Origin: a virus
Taxonomy: Duplodnaviria > Caudoviricetes
DNA: 64,000 nucleotides
Virus record (IMG/VR): IMGVR_UViG_2524614838_000004
Coordinates: 20,261-84,260 of that record
Strand: one strand, 5' to 3'
The translations under genes were made by a program, and so were the position numbers. Under the pieces are notes generated by a model. That model searched no databases. It was given only the letters and a program-made list of their open reading frames with translations, and was not told where the DNA came from. Shown here one piece after another: positions 45,982 through 55,249 of the stretch. The stretch's first letter is position 1, and the number at the start of each line of letters is the position of its first letter.

Positions 45982-46127
45982 GAATCAATATTTTGGAGAA
46001 TGCATTGAATTACATAGACGATAGAGCTGACTACTCCAGATCCGGATTGAGCTTTGAGATATCCAGAATTAGCTGAGTAAAACGATAGGCGGACTTCCGG
46101 TTTATTACGGTAGTTCGCCTTTTTGTG

Positions 46128-46685
46128 TCATACTGATTTGTACTTAACCTCATTTATAGCTTTGCTCATTGTACTTACAGGATCGTGACCATTAAACCAC
46201 TCATCATGACATGCTTTCGGAAGAATCACCGGCATTCTATCATGAATAAAGGAAATACCTGACCAAGCCGGACGTGTCAGAATAACGAAAAGAGATTCCC
46301 CGGTTTTAGAATCAATCTTTGAAAGTCCGGCCATCCACACGGGAGAATTATCAGGTGCTGCCAGTGAATATTTTATTTTTTTAGAACCTTGTTTTTCCCA
46401 TTCATAGTACCAACTTGCCGGTACCAGGCAGCGACCTTCCATCATTGGGCGACGGAACGTATTCTTTTCTGCGGCGGTTTCACTTCTTGCATTAATAATT
46501 TCACCTTTGCCATCGAACTTTGGAAACCCCCAACGCATTGCCGCCATGGTTCCATTTGGAGATAAAACAGGAGCAGTGTTTGTTGGATATATTTCTCCGG
46601 TTTTTATTGCATTTTTATTTTCTACGGCAGCAATAATGGATTGTAATTCAACGTTGTCTATCTCAATATAATATCTTCCACACAT
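46128..46685 (-). CDS. SOS response-associated peptidase (SRAP/YedK/HMCES family)
   Basis: N-terminal MCGRY; INARSET; WYYEW; IHDRMPVIL. Confidence 0.92.
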   Translation of the reverse strand: MCGRYYIEIDNVELQSIIAAVENKNAIKTGEIYPTNTAPVLSPNGTMAAMRWGFPKFDGKGEIINARSETAAEKNTFRRPMMEGRCLVPASWYYEWEKQGSKKIKYSLAAPDNSPVWMAGLSKIDSKTGESLFVILTRPAWSGISFIHDRMPVILPKACHDEWFNGHDPVSTMSKAINEVKYKSV

Positions 46686-46743
46686 ATCATTTGAACGCCT
46701 TTCATGTTATTTAATTTATGGTAGTATTACACTTGTTGCAATA

Positions 46744-47055
46744 TTATATTACCATAACCCATTTACAAGAGTCCATGAAATACACTAGTTTAAATTCATG
46801 ACATATGCCGCCGATAATGGCCTCACAGAGAAACTCCTTTGAAGGAATCCCATTATAATTTTTATCTTCGGTGCATTTTATTGTTATATTAGATATTGTT
46901 TGTATTATACCGTCATCACCCTCAAACTTAATGCTTAGCGGTCTGAGACTACAAGTGGATGTAAACCACGCCTTACAAGCGATGTGATACATTTTACCTC
47001 TAATTTCTCCGCTATCAATTTGATTGTTATTTGATCCGATTCCAAATGTCCCCAT
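46744..47055 (-). CDS. Small accessory protein of the Y-polymerase operon
   Basis: Lies between the polymerase and SRAP genes; RBS AGGTGA. Confidence 0.65.
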   Translation of the reverse strand: MGTFGIGSNNNQIDSGEIRGKMYHIACKAWFTSTCSLRPLSIKFEGDDGIIQTISNITIKCTEDKNYNGIPSKEFLCEAIIGGICHEFKLVYFMDSCKWVMVI

Positions 47056-47063
47056 AATATCAC

Positions 47064-48326
47064 CTACAACACATTCTGTTTATTATAGTCCACAGTCCTT
47101 TTCTCCCTGCTAATTCCACCACTCATATGATCTATGGATTTACTTTTCACAAAGCTTGCGCGCTTTATAGAATCCATTCCAAAGCGATTTCTAATTTCAT
47201 CTACTGCTTTATCCAGCAGCTCCAGTTTTTCATAGTCTACTTTATCAAATATATTTAATTGTCGGCTGCTTTCAGTTGACACGTGATTTGTGTGTATGCC
47301 CAAATGACGGATAGGGATCTTATTCCACGCATCATCAAAAATCTGACAGGCTACTTCGTAAATCTCACGTGTGATGTTTGTTGGAGTATCAATGGTCATT
47401 TGGTGCCCGTAGTACTCCAGGTTATAATCTCTTATTCCTACGGATATTACGCTAATTTTAACATTATCCGCTCGTAGTCTGGCGCTTAATGTTTCCGCGA
47501 GAGACAGCAACACCAGATGAGCCGTTTCCCGGTCTATCACATCAAATGATATAGTTGTGCTATTGCCATATCCTTTGTTTGGAGGCGGGGTTGGCTCTAC
47601 AGATGTTAAATCAATACCATTTGCAAATGCCCATATAATTTCACCATGCTTGCCGAAATGAGCTTTGATTATTGTTAGATCGGTCTGGGCTAATTCTCCT
47701 ATAGTTTTAATTCCAATACCATATAACTTTTTTGTAGTTGCGCGGCCAACAAAAAATAAATCAGATACAGGCAATGGCCACATTTTATCCTTTATTTCAT
47801 GTGCCCATAAGGTATGTGTCTTGTTCGGTTTGGAGAAATCCGAAGCCATTTTTGCCAGGATCTTGTTACTGGATACACCGATATTTACCGTAAATCCAAG
47901 TTCTCCGAAAACGCGGTCCTTAATTTGATTGGCAACTTCCTCAGGTTCTCCAAATAAAGACTCAGTACCAGTCATGTCCATAAAAGCTTCGTCGATAGAG
48001 TACTGTTCTACAGTAGGGCTATATTCTTTGAGCATATTAAGAAACGCATCAGAGGATCGTTGGTAAAGATTATAGTTAGGCGGGACCAGAACAAGATCAG
48101 GACATTTGCGCAAAGCATCTGTTACTGGCTCACCAGTCTTTATATTATATTTTTTAGCAGGAATGCTTTTAGCAAGTATAATACCATGGCGTTTTGTTAC
48201 GTCACCACCAACAGCCGAGGGTATATCTCTCAAGTCTAACTTGCCACCAAGATGATACAATCTATATACAGCCTCCCAGCTTAGAAATGCCGAATTCACA
48301 TCGATATGAAATATAACTCTGTTCAT
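47064..48326 (-). CDS. dinB: Y-family DNA polymerase (DinB/UmuC-like)
   Basis: FHIDVNSAF, YSIDEAFMD, NKILAKMASD.SKP motifs. Confidence 0.92.
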   Translation of the reverse strand: MNRVIFHIDVNSAFLSWEAVYRLYHLGGKLDLRDIPSAVGGDVTKRHGIILAKSIPAKKYNIKTGEPVTDALRKCPDLVLVPPNYNLYQRSSDAFLNMLKEYSPTVEQYSIDEAFMDMTGTESLFGEPEEVANQIKDRVFGELGFTVNIGVSSNKILAKMASDFSKPNKTHTLWAHEIKDKMWPLPVSDLFFVGRATTKKLYGIGIKTIGELAQTDLTIIKAHFGKHGEIIWAFANGIDLTSVEPTPPPNKGYGNSTTISFDVIDRETAHLVLLSLAETLSARLRADNVKISVISVGIRDYNLEYYGHQMTIDTPTNITREIYEVACQIFDDAWNKIPIRHLGIHTNHVSTESSRQLNIFDKVDYEKLELLDKAVDEIRNRFGMDSIKRASFVKSKSIDHMSGGISREKRTVDYNKQNVL

Positions 48327-48361
48327 TTTATCACCCCTACATATATTTATTACAGTATAGT

Positions 48362-48375
48362 CGAATGTATGTTCG
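48362..48375. promoter_or_regulatory. LexA/DinR SOS box
   Basis: CGAACATACATTCG on the minus strand, next to a TATACT -10. Confidence 0.8.
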
Positions 48376-48738
48376 AATAATAGTGGAAATTTCAGGGAAA
48401 ATGTAGGGAGATGTTCCGGGTCTGCATTAAAAACTACTTTGCATGCTTCCCGGGGCATGATATAATAGGCATGTAGAGTGGCAGAAAGGATAGCCACATG
48501 GACGATAATCTTAAAGCAATCAATATAATTCACTTCGGCGGCAAATCAATTTATCTAAATGATACGTGTATTTCGCACACAATTTTCAAACAAGGGCAAG
48601 TTTTAGAAGCAGCGATTTATGGAAATATGATAGTTATAAGACCCGCTTTGTCATCAGAAACGCTTAAGAACTAAATAATGTAAATGGTCACTCTACAAAA
48701 AAAGAGGTAGGGACATTTATGTCTTTACCTCTAATATT

Positions 48739-48954
48739 TTATCCATGAGCGAGCATTCCGCATTCTTCACAATATAACCAAGTAGACTTATTACGAACTT
48801 TATTAGGCGTTTTAATTCTTTTAGCATTGGCATTATCATAACCACATACAGGACATATAAATTTGGTTTCGCCATACCAGCCTATTTTTTCTAAAGCATT
48901 TAATCCGGATTCAATAAAAACGAAACATTCATCTTTTTTAAATTGTTTTTCCAT
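48739..48954 (-). CDS. Zn-ribbon small protein
   Basis: CPVCG...CEECG; RBS GGAG. Confidence 0.6.
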   Translation of the reverse strand: MEKQFKKDECFVFIESGLNALEKIGWYGETKFICPVCGYDNANAKRIKTPNKVRNKSTWLYCEECGMLAHG

Positions 48955-49011
48955 AGCAATTTCTCCTTGGTCTCTTTTCAAAAATAGTATAACATATTTA
49001 GAAAAATAAAT

Positions 49012-49025
49012 CAAACATATGTTCG
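49012..49025. promoter_or_regulatory. Probable SOS box between divergent genes
   Basis: CAAACATATGTTCG. Confidence 0.5.
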
Positions 49026-49105
49026 TAAAATGCTTATAATGGATATTTGTTGAAGTTGAGTTTGAATGTGCTATAATAAATATATCTTAGGAGTGATGAT
49101 TAAAT

Positions 49106-49681
49106 ATGAAAAGAAAGTATTTATTTATAATTATATTTATTATTTTTTTATTATTAAGCTTTACTGTCTTTAAAAAGGCAAATAAAACAGATGAAAGCAA
49201 ATATCTTAATAGTGGGAATCAGATTGATACATATGCGAAAAATTTTATGCCGGCCATTGAAGATTTACCCACATCTCAAGCTATAACATACGAATACAAT
49301 CGTGCTTCAATAATATTGTTTGAGACAGAAACATTAATGCTTGTCGTCAAGTATGATGAGGAAATATATAAAAAGGAAAAAGAAAAATTAACAGAGAAGT
49401 ATAAGTTTTTAGACCATAAAGTGGTTTCAGATTTTGATAAAGAAAAATATTATATTCCCGAGTATCAATTCTCAATAAATAACTACGAGCTTAAAGTTGT
49501 AAACGGAAGTGACAGTTATAAAGCAGAATATCCCAAGTCATTTGGTATGATTGGAATATCTGATAAAAAAAAGAGTATAGCATATTTATATTTCTATGAT
49601 TATGATTTAGACTATATCCAATGTGATGATGAAAGCCCGATGGCTGGTTTTGTTAATAAGTATTTTAAATATGATTTTTAG
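49106..49681 (+). CDS. Membrane-anchored hypothetical protein
   Basis: N-terminal TM/signal segment; RBS AGGAG. Confidence 0.75.
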   Translation: MKRKYLFIIIFIIFLLLSFTVFKKANKTDESKYLNSGNQIDTYAKNFMPAIEDLPTSQAITYEYNRASIILFETETLMLVVKYDEEIYKKEKEKLTEKYKFLDHKVVSDFDKEKYYIPEYQFSINNYELKVVNGSDSYKAEYPKSFGMIGISDKKKSIAYLYFYDYDLDYIQCDDESPMAGFVNKYFKYDF

Positions 49682-49684
49682 GCA

Positions 49685-49994
49685 AAATAGCAATTTAAAT
49701 AACAGAGGTGTCGTGACTCAGATTGCAGTTATTACAGCAACAGGAGCTACAACCGTACCGAATATGTCAGCTTACAAGTACATCTATGCCTGCGGTATGC
49801 AGGGTACAAACAATGCAGTATGTTCAGTTTTTGCTCCTTACAGCGTGTTTAAAGGAGATGCTTTACTGTACGCATCTTTTTATGACGGCAGTACAGTACG
49901 ACAATTTTCCATAAGAGCCACAAATGACACAACGGTTAATATTGGTGTTATCACTAACTGTTCCAACGGAGTAACGATCTATGGAATTAAATGA
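49685..49994 (+). other. Silent tail-fibre tip cassette C with site 3
   Basis: AAATAGCAATTTA then open frame NSNLNNRGVVTQ...TIYGIK*; no RBS of its own. Confidence 0.8.
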
Positions 49995-50003
49995 TCATTG
50001 TGT

Positions 50004-50338
50004 TTATTGACAAATATAACTCGTGGATAGCATGTAATCTGTAGACGTTTTCATTGCACCTGCTTTGAATATTCTACCCTCTGGATCAAGCTCAAACTGT
50101 ACAACTTCGGTTCCCCATGTATTTATACATAATCCATAAAGCCTTCTTGGTGGTTTGAGCGCATTTGGAAACTGAATCACTCTAAGTGAAGCATCAATTG
50201 TTGCATTTGTTGTAAATCTTAATTGCACAAACGCAATATTACCAGATTTAATTGCATAACAATAATCTGTGTTCAATATAGCCTGCTGTGCTGAAAAGTC
50301 TGCCGCTAAATATGTTTTGTTGTTTAAATTGCTATTTA
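50004..50338 (-). other. Silent tail-fibre tip cassette D with site 4
   Basis: TAAATAGCAATTTA then open frame NSNLNNKTY...STSYICQ*. Confidence 0.8.
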
Positions 50339-50354
50339 CGAACATATTTTAAGA

Positions 50355-50400
50355 TTCCCACATTTCCCATTCATAATATGATAATATGGTATCAGTGAAA
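50355..50400 (+). promoter_or_regulatory. Putative late promoter/activator site, copy 2
   Basis: TTCCCACATTTCCCATT identical to 35043-35059; TGATAAT -10-like element. Confidence 0.6.
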
Positions 50401-50454
50401 AGTATATCAACATGCGCTTGGCTTCGGCTGGGCGCATTTTTCGTGGGTGGAATT

Positions 50455-50586
50455 ATGGAAAAGAAAACTGAAAAATCAGAACAGAATAAAAAAGAATCTA
50501 TTTGGAGAGATAGAAATTCACAACACCCGAAATGGAAGTGTGCTAGTGGAATGACTTTTAAGCCAAAGAAGGTGAGAAGCGGATGA
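50455..50586 (+). CDS. Small basic protein before the portal gene
   Basis: ATGA overlap with the portal start. Confidence 0.45.
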   Translation: MEKKTEKSEQNKKESIWRDRNSQHPKWKCASGMTFKPKKVRSG

Positions 50587-52034
50587 ATAAGCTCAATTAT
50601 ATAGATATTTGCAAGGGTGCATTTGGACGCAAGGTAGCGTATACCGGTGTTTCCACCATTACTTCCGAAAATATCTTGAAAGTGGTTGGCAGAGCAGTCA
50701 GTGTTCTGAATTACAATAGGCCGTTCATTCGGTATCTCCATGATTATTACATGGGTGATCAGCCAATTTTATACAGAGAAAAGGCGGTCCGTCCAGAAAT
50801 CAATAATAAAACGGTTGAAAATCATGCCTTAGAGATTGTCCGTTTTAAGGCGGGTCAGACATATGGAGAACCGATCCAATATGTAAGCCGAAGAAAAGAT
50901 GAGAACATCAATAAGGCTGTTGACGCTCTTAATGATTATATGAGAGACGCTCATAAACAGGCAAGAGACATTGAACTTGGCACATGGCAAAGTTCCGTAG
51001 GGACTGCTTATAAGGCAACCTTAAAGGCCGGTAAGAACGATCCAGTTCCTTTCCGAATTCACATTCCTACGCCGCTAAATACGATTGTAGTATATTCACA
51101 GGAAGATGGCCGGGATATGCTTTCGATTCAGCAGTTGAAAGACGAAAATGAGCAACAGTATTATCTTTGTTTTTCAGAGGATAAATACTTCATAATTAAG
51201 AATGGACAGGTTACAGTGACTAATATTAACGGATTCGGCGGAATTCCGATAACCGAATATCCTAACAATCCAGACCGATTGTCTGATATTGAGGTTGTCA
51301 TTACAGCTTTGGATCAGATAAACAAAATGCAGTCTGATCGAATGAATGGCATTGAGCAGTTTATCCAGGCATTTATGCTTTTTAAAAACTGTGAGATTAC
51401 GTCAGATGAATTTATAAAGATGTGTCAATTAGGTGCGATAACGGTTAAGGATGCCAGTCAGACTAATAATTCAGATGTAAAGCTCATGACGGAACAACTG
51501 GATCAGGAGCAGACACAGGTCGCCAAAGATGATGTATACCGGCAAGTGCTTGTGGTTGAGGGAATGCCGGATCGTCAGCAGAATACCGGCGGTGATACTG
51601 GGCAAGCAGTCTATCTTCGGAATGGTTGGGATTTTGCAGAGCAACGGGCAAAACTTGATGAACCATTCATTATTGAAGCAGAAAAGAAACATTGCCAAAT
51701 CGTGCTTAATCTCATCAAACAGGCCACTAATGATGTTCCGTTAACTGTTCGGGATTTTGATGTGAAAATAACCCGTAATTCCACTGATAATATGCTTGTA
51801 AAAGCACAGTCATTGGAATACCTTTTGAGAAATAAAATACACCCATTAATAGCACTTACAACATGTGGATTGTTTGGAGATCCGGAAAAAGTATGGTTGA
51901 TGAGTCAGCCTTATATGGACACAGTATTTAAAACTCAAGAGCAGTTAGATGTCGAGGTTGAAAAAGCAAGAGCAAATGAATTGCTAAAGAGCCAATCAAA
52001 TAATTCAGCAGTTAAAACAGGGGAAGCCGAATAG
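50583..52034 (+). CDS. Portal protein (SPP1 gp6-like)
   Basis: LHDYYMGDQPILYR...INNKTVENHA.EIV; FGGIPITEYPNN. Confidence 0.9.
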   Translation: MNKLNYIDICKGAFGRKVAYTGVSTITSENILKVVGRAVSVLNYNRPFIRYLHDYYMGDQPILYREKAVRPEINNKTVENHALEIVRFKAGQTYGEPIQYVSRRKDENINKAVDALNDYMRDAHKQARDIELGTWQSSVGTAYKATLKAGKNDPVPFRIHIPTPLNTIVVYSQEDGRDMLSIQQLKDENEQQYYLCFSEDKYFIIKNGQVTVTNINGFGGIPITEYPNNPDRLSDIEVVITALDQINKMQSDRMNGIEQFIQAFMLFKNCEITSDEFIKMCQLGAITVKDASQTNNSDVKLMTEQLDQEQTQVAKDDVYRQVLVVEGMPDRQQNTGGDTGQAVYLRNGWDFAEQRAKLDEPFIIEAEKKHCQIVLNLIKQATNDVPLTVRDFDVKITRNSTDNMLVKAQSLEYLLRNKIHPLIALTTCGLFGDPEKVWLMSQPYMDTVFKTQEQLDVEVEKARANELLKSQSNNSAVKTGEAE

Positions 52035-52129
52035 CTTTTCTTTTTTATTTTGGAGCTATCCGTCAAATAGCAGAATCCAGCAGGTGCGACCTGCGTTATC
52101 AAAAGCGTGGATTAAAGGAGGATATTATT

Positions 52130-52759
52130 ATGACCAGAGAACAGGCCAAAAAGTATTTAATTGATTTGGGAATTGAACAGCCGACAGATGACCAGGTAAC
52201 AAAATACCTTAATTCGTTTGGTGGTGAAGTTCAGAAAGCAGAGAAAAAGGCGGAAGCCAATAAGGAAGAATTGGAGCGGCTAAAGGCTATTGAAGAAGAA
52301 TTGGAACTTGAAAAAGAGAAGAATCTTTCAGCCGAAGAAAAGGCAAAGAAAGCTGAGGAGGCGGTCCAGAAAGCTTTAAATGCTGCACAGCTTAAAGAAG
52401 CAGAATTTGCGAAAAAAATAAGCCGATTAAGTGTAGAAAGCATTCTTAAGGAGGCTGGATTGACAGAAGATGATTGGTCCGGCTTCATTGATGGTTTCGT
52501 ACATGAAGATGAAGAAGTCTCCAAGAATATGGCTACAAATTTTATCAACATACATACTGGGAAATTAAATAGCCAAAAAGAAGAGCTGCAGGCAAATTTT
52601 GAAAAGCAGATCCTTGAACATACACCAAATCCAAATGGAGCTGGTGGCGGTGGGGAGGGACAGAAGTCAAAAGCCGAGGAAATGGCTGTAAGTCTGGCCA
52701 AGAAAGGCTCTGCAACAAATAACAATTCAGTGATTAGTCACTATTTAGGAGGTAATTAA
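52130..52759 (+). CDS. Capsid scaffold protein
   Basis: Glu/Lys-rich coiled-coil; TPNPNGAGGG near the C-terminus; position. Confidence 0.8.
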   Translation: MTREQAKKYLIDLGIEQPTDDQVTKYLNSFGGEVQKAEKKAEANKEELERLKAIEEELELEKEKNLSAEEKAKKAEEAVQKALNAAQLKEAEFAKKISRLSVESILKEAGLTEDDWSGFIDGFVHEDEEVSKNMATNFINIHTGKLNSQKEELQANFEKQILEHTPNPNGAGGGGEGQKSKAEEMAVSLAKKGSATNNNSVISHYLGGN

Positions 52760-52760
52760 T

Positions 52761-53099
52761 ATGCCAATGCAATTTGAATCAGTAACATTTGGAGCAAAAG
52801 TGGAAATTCTCAATCGTGCTGAATTTGAGGGTGTTCCTGTAACGCTGGATTTTACTGCTGTTACAGCTACGGAAAATGGAAGAAAAGTTGTTAAGGCTGG
52901 TACCCCAATCGGCGTAGATGGCGTTTCTGATAACACAGAAGCGGTTAAGGGGATCCTGTTGTGGGACGTGTATGAGGATAGACCTATTGGAACTATTTTA
53001 AAGAAAGCATATGTTAACACAACAAGAGCACAGGCTCATTCCGGCGTAACCATTTCGGCAGAGGCAAAAGCCGCTCTTCCTATGGTTGTATTTGAATAA
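52761..53099 (+). CDS. Head decoration protein
   Basis: VVKAGTPI...GILL.DV. Confidence 0.7.
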   Translation: MPMQFESVTFGAKVEILNRAEFEGVPVTLDFTAVTATENGRKVVKAGTPIGVDGVSDNTEAVKGILLWDVYEDRPIGTILKKAYVNTTRAQAHSGVTISAEAKAALPMVVFE

Positions 53100-53113
53100 G
53101 AGAGGAGACTATT

Positions 53114-54187
53114 ATGCAGTTATCTGAAATTTTTAATTCAAGAGCAGTTGCCTTGAATCGTACAGAGGGAGAAAGCAATAAAATCCCATATCTTGGGATG
53201 CAGTTTTTCCCCAATAAAAAGAAAATGGGGATCGACCTTAAGTGGATCAAGATTCACAAAGGGCTTGGAGTTACGTTAAAGGCTTCCAGCTTTGATGCAA
53301 AGCCCACCATTAGAAGCCGAGAGGGATTCAAGATCGAAAAGACGCAGATGGCGTTTTTCCGTGAGTCCATGATTGTTAAAGAAGAGGACATGATTGAAAT
53401 TATGCGTATTAGGGAAAGCGATGACCCTTATGTGGAATCTGTTCTGCAGAGTATCTATGATGATACAAATAACTTGGTTGATGGTGCGGATATTGTTGCA
53501 GAACGAATGAGAATGCAGCTTCTGGCAACAGATGATGGTTCTCCAAAGATTTATCTGGAGGCTGATAATACTACATATGAGTACAATTACGATCCAGATG
53601 GTTCCTATAAGGCAAATCATTATTTGAAACTTTCCGGTGACGCTACATGGGATAATCCTGCCACATCAAAACCACTAAATGATTTCAGGCAGGCAAAAAA
53701 GGCTTTGAAGTCAATTGGAGTTACACCAAAGTATGCTTTGATGACTTCTGCTACATTTGACTATTTGCTTGAAAGTGAGCAGATTAAGTCAGCGATACTG
53801 GCCCAGAATGCTACTGCCAATATTTTCTTAGATGATGAAATGTTGGCTGATTTCTTCACGAAGAAGACGAAACTGATCCCATTGCTTTACGATAAAATGT
53901 ACATTAAAGAGGACGGGGTGACCCAGGAGAATTTCTATCCGGATAATAAGGTCACACTTTTGCCATCGGAAGATTCTATGCTTGGCAATACATGGTATGG
54001 AACTACCCCGGAAGAAAGAACCTTGATTGGAGACAGCAAAGTGGATGTCACAATCCTTGATAGAGGTGTCGCCATTGCAGTCAAAACGGATCCCGGCCCT
54101 CCAGTTGCGGTTTCAACATCTGTATCGCAGATTGTTCTTCCTTCTTACGAGGGAATGGATTCAACCTTTGTGTTAGAAGTTGCGTAA
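53114..54187 (+). CDS. Major capsid protein (lambda gpE-like)
   Basis: FFPNKK..G; GADIVAERMRMQLLA; VLPSYE. Confidence 0.88.
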   Translation: MQLSEIFNSRAVALNRTEGESNKIPYLGMQFFPNKKKMGIDLKWIKIHKGLGVTLKASSFDAKPTIRSREGFKIEKTQMAFFRESMIVKEEDMIEIMRIRESDDPYVESVLQSIYDDTNNLVDGADIVAERMRMQLLATDDGSPKIYLEADNTTYEYNYDPDGSYKANHYLKLSGDATWDNPATSKPLNDFRQAKKALKSIGVTPKYALMTSATFDYLLESEQIKSAILAQNATANIFLDDEMLADFFTKKTKLIPLLYDKMYIKEDGVTQENFYPDNKVTLLPSEDSMLGNTWYGTTPEERTLIGDSKVDVTILDRGVAIAVKTDPGPPVAVSTSVSQIVLPSYEGMDSTFVLEVA

Positions 54188-54202
54188 GGGGGATAAGGTG
54201 AT

Positions 54203-54469
54203 ATGAGATTCCCATATATGGTAAATCATAATGGCATATATTATAAAGCCGGTGAAGATGTCCCAATGGAGATACCGGAAATGACAGACAATGTCCCAGA
54301 TGGGGCATTGGAGACAAATTCTGATGAGAGTATAAACACATATGATGAGGGCGGTAATCTTTCTGGAAAGATAGATGCCGAAACAGCAGACAAGGCTATT
54401 CAAAAGGCTATGGAAACTGTTGGTGAAAACGATAAGCCGAAGCGTGGAAGACCTGCAAAGGCTGAATAA
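54203..54469 (+). CDS. Hypothetical head-region protein
   Basis: VNHNGIYYKAGEDVP; C-terminal KRGRPAK. Confidence 0.65.
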   Translation: MRFPYMVNHNGIYYKAGEDVPMEIPEMTDNVPDGALETNSDESINTYDEGGNLSGKIDAETADKAIQKAMETVGENDKPKRGRPAKAE

Positions 54470-54484
54470 AGGGCGGTGAGATGA

Positions 54485-54805
54485 GTGGAAATAGATATTC
54501 TGGCTGATGTGCGTACATATCTTGGTGACGAAGTGAGCGAACAGGATAATCCGGTTCTGCTCATTCTCATTAACCGAGCAATCCGTAAAGTATGCTCTAA
54601 GCGTTATCCGTATGGGTATACTGACGCAGAAAAAGAAACGGCGGTTTCAAGGTACCGAGATGTGGTATTTGATGCCGCCGTTTATTATTGGTCTAAACAG
54701 GGAAGTGAAGGCCAGAGTTCTCATTCTGAAAACGGGATTTCCCGTGGATATCAGAGTGAAGATGACCTTTACTTTGATGTGGTGCCTATGGCAAAAACTT
54801 TGTAA
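54485..54805 (+). CDS. Head-tail connector (adaptor)
   Basis: KQGSEGQSSHSENGISRGY motif. Confidence 0.85.
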   Translation: MEIDILADVRTYLGDEVSEQDNPVLLILINRAIRKVCSKRYPYGYTDAEKETAVSRYRDVVFDAAVYYWSKQGSEGQSSHSENGISRGYQSEDDLYFDVVPMAKTL

Positions 54806-54852
54806 GTGTCGAATATGCCACTTTAACTATTTGAAAACAGGAGGATTTTATC

Positions 54853-55074
54853 ATGATTTATGATTATAAAAATGCAGTTATTAAAGCTGAAAGTCCAGCT
54901 GAAGATATTTATCATAAGAAACATATGGCAGAGTATGGTCCGGCTACTGGTAAGTCGCACCCTGATGACTGCCCCTATTGTGCGGCTAGAGGCTGGAAAA
55001 CGTTCCCTGGAACTTCCTTTGAGGAAGAGTGTGCAAAGTACAGGGAAGAACACCCGGAAGAGTTTGAAAAATAA
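54853..55074 (+). CDS. Hypothetical protein
   Basis: RBS AGGAGG; HPDDCPYC. Confidence 0.55.
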   Translation: MIYDYKNAVIKAESPAEDIYHKKHMAEYGPATGKSHPDDCPYCAARGWKTFPGTSFEEECAKYREEHPEEFEK

Positions 55075-55094
55075 GATCTGATTTTTAAGACGGT

Positions 55095-55162
55095 GCGTGT
55101 CTGGCTAACCTCCCGGCCGGACGCAGGGTGCATATCAGAATAATGGTGGTGGGCAGGTATGC
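55095..55162 (+). ncRNA. Two-hairpin element with a possible pseudoknot
   Basis: GCGT..CTGGC/GCCGG.ACGC and GCATATC/GGTATGC stems; loop ACCTCC complementary to loop GGTGGT with one mismatch. Confidence 0.35.
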
Positions 55163-55249
55163 TTATAATGTCTGGGAGAATTTGTTAAATCATTAATTCC
55201 AATAACTTCCTTTTTGTCGTATAATGGAGATGAAAGGGGAGTGAATATA

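Noticed and set aside
49623-50345. ORFs 49623-49994 and 50004-50345 as stand-alone genes
   Set aside because: The first overlaps the upstream gene and lacks an RBS; both begin their real domain at the shared NSNL site, so they are better read as silent cassettes (the ATG 7 nt before site 4 could still allow weak expression of D)
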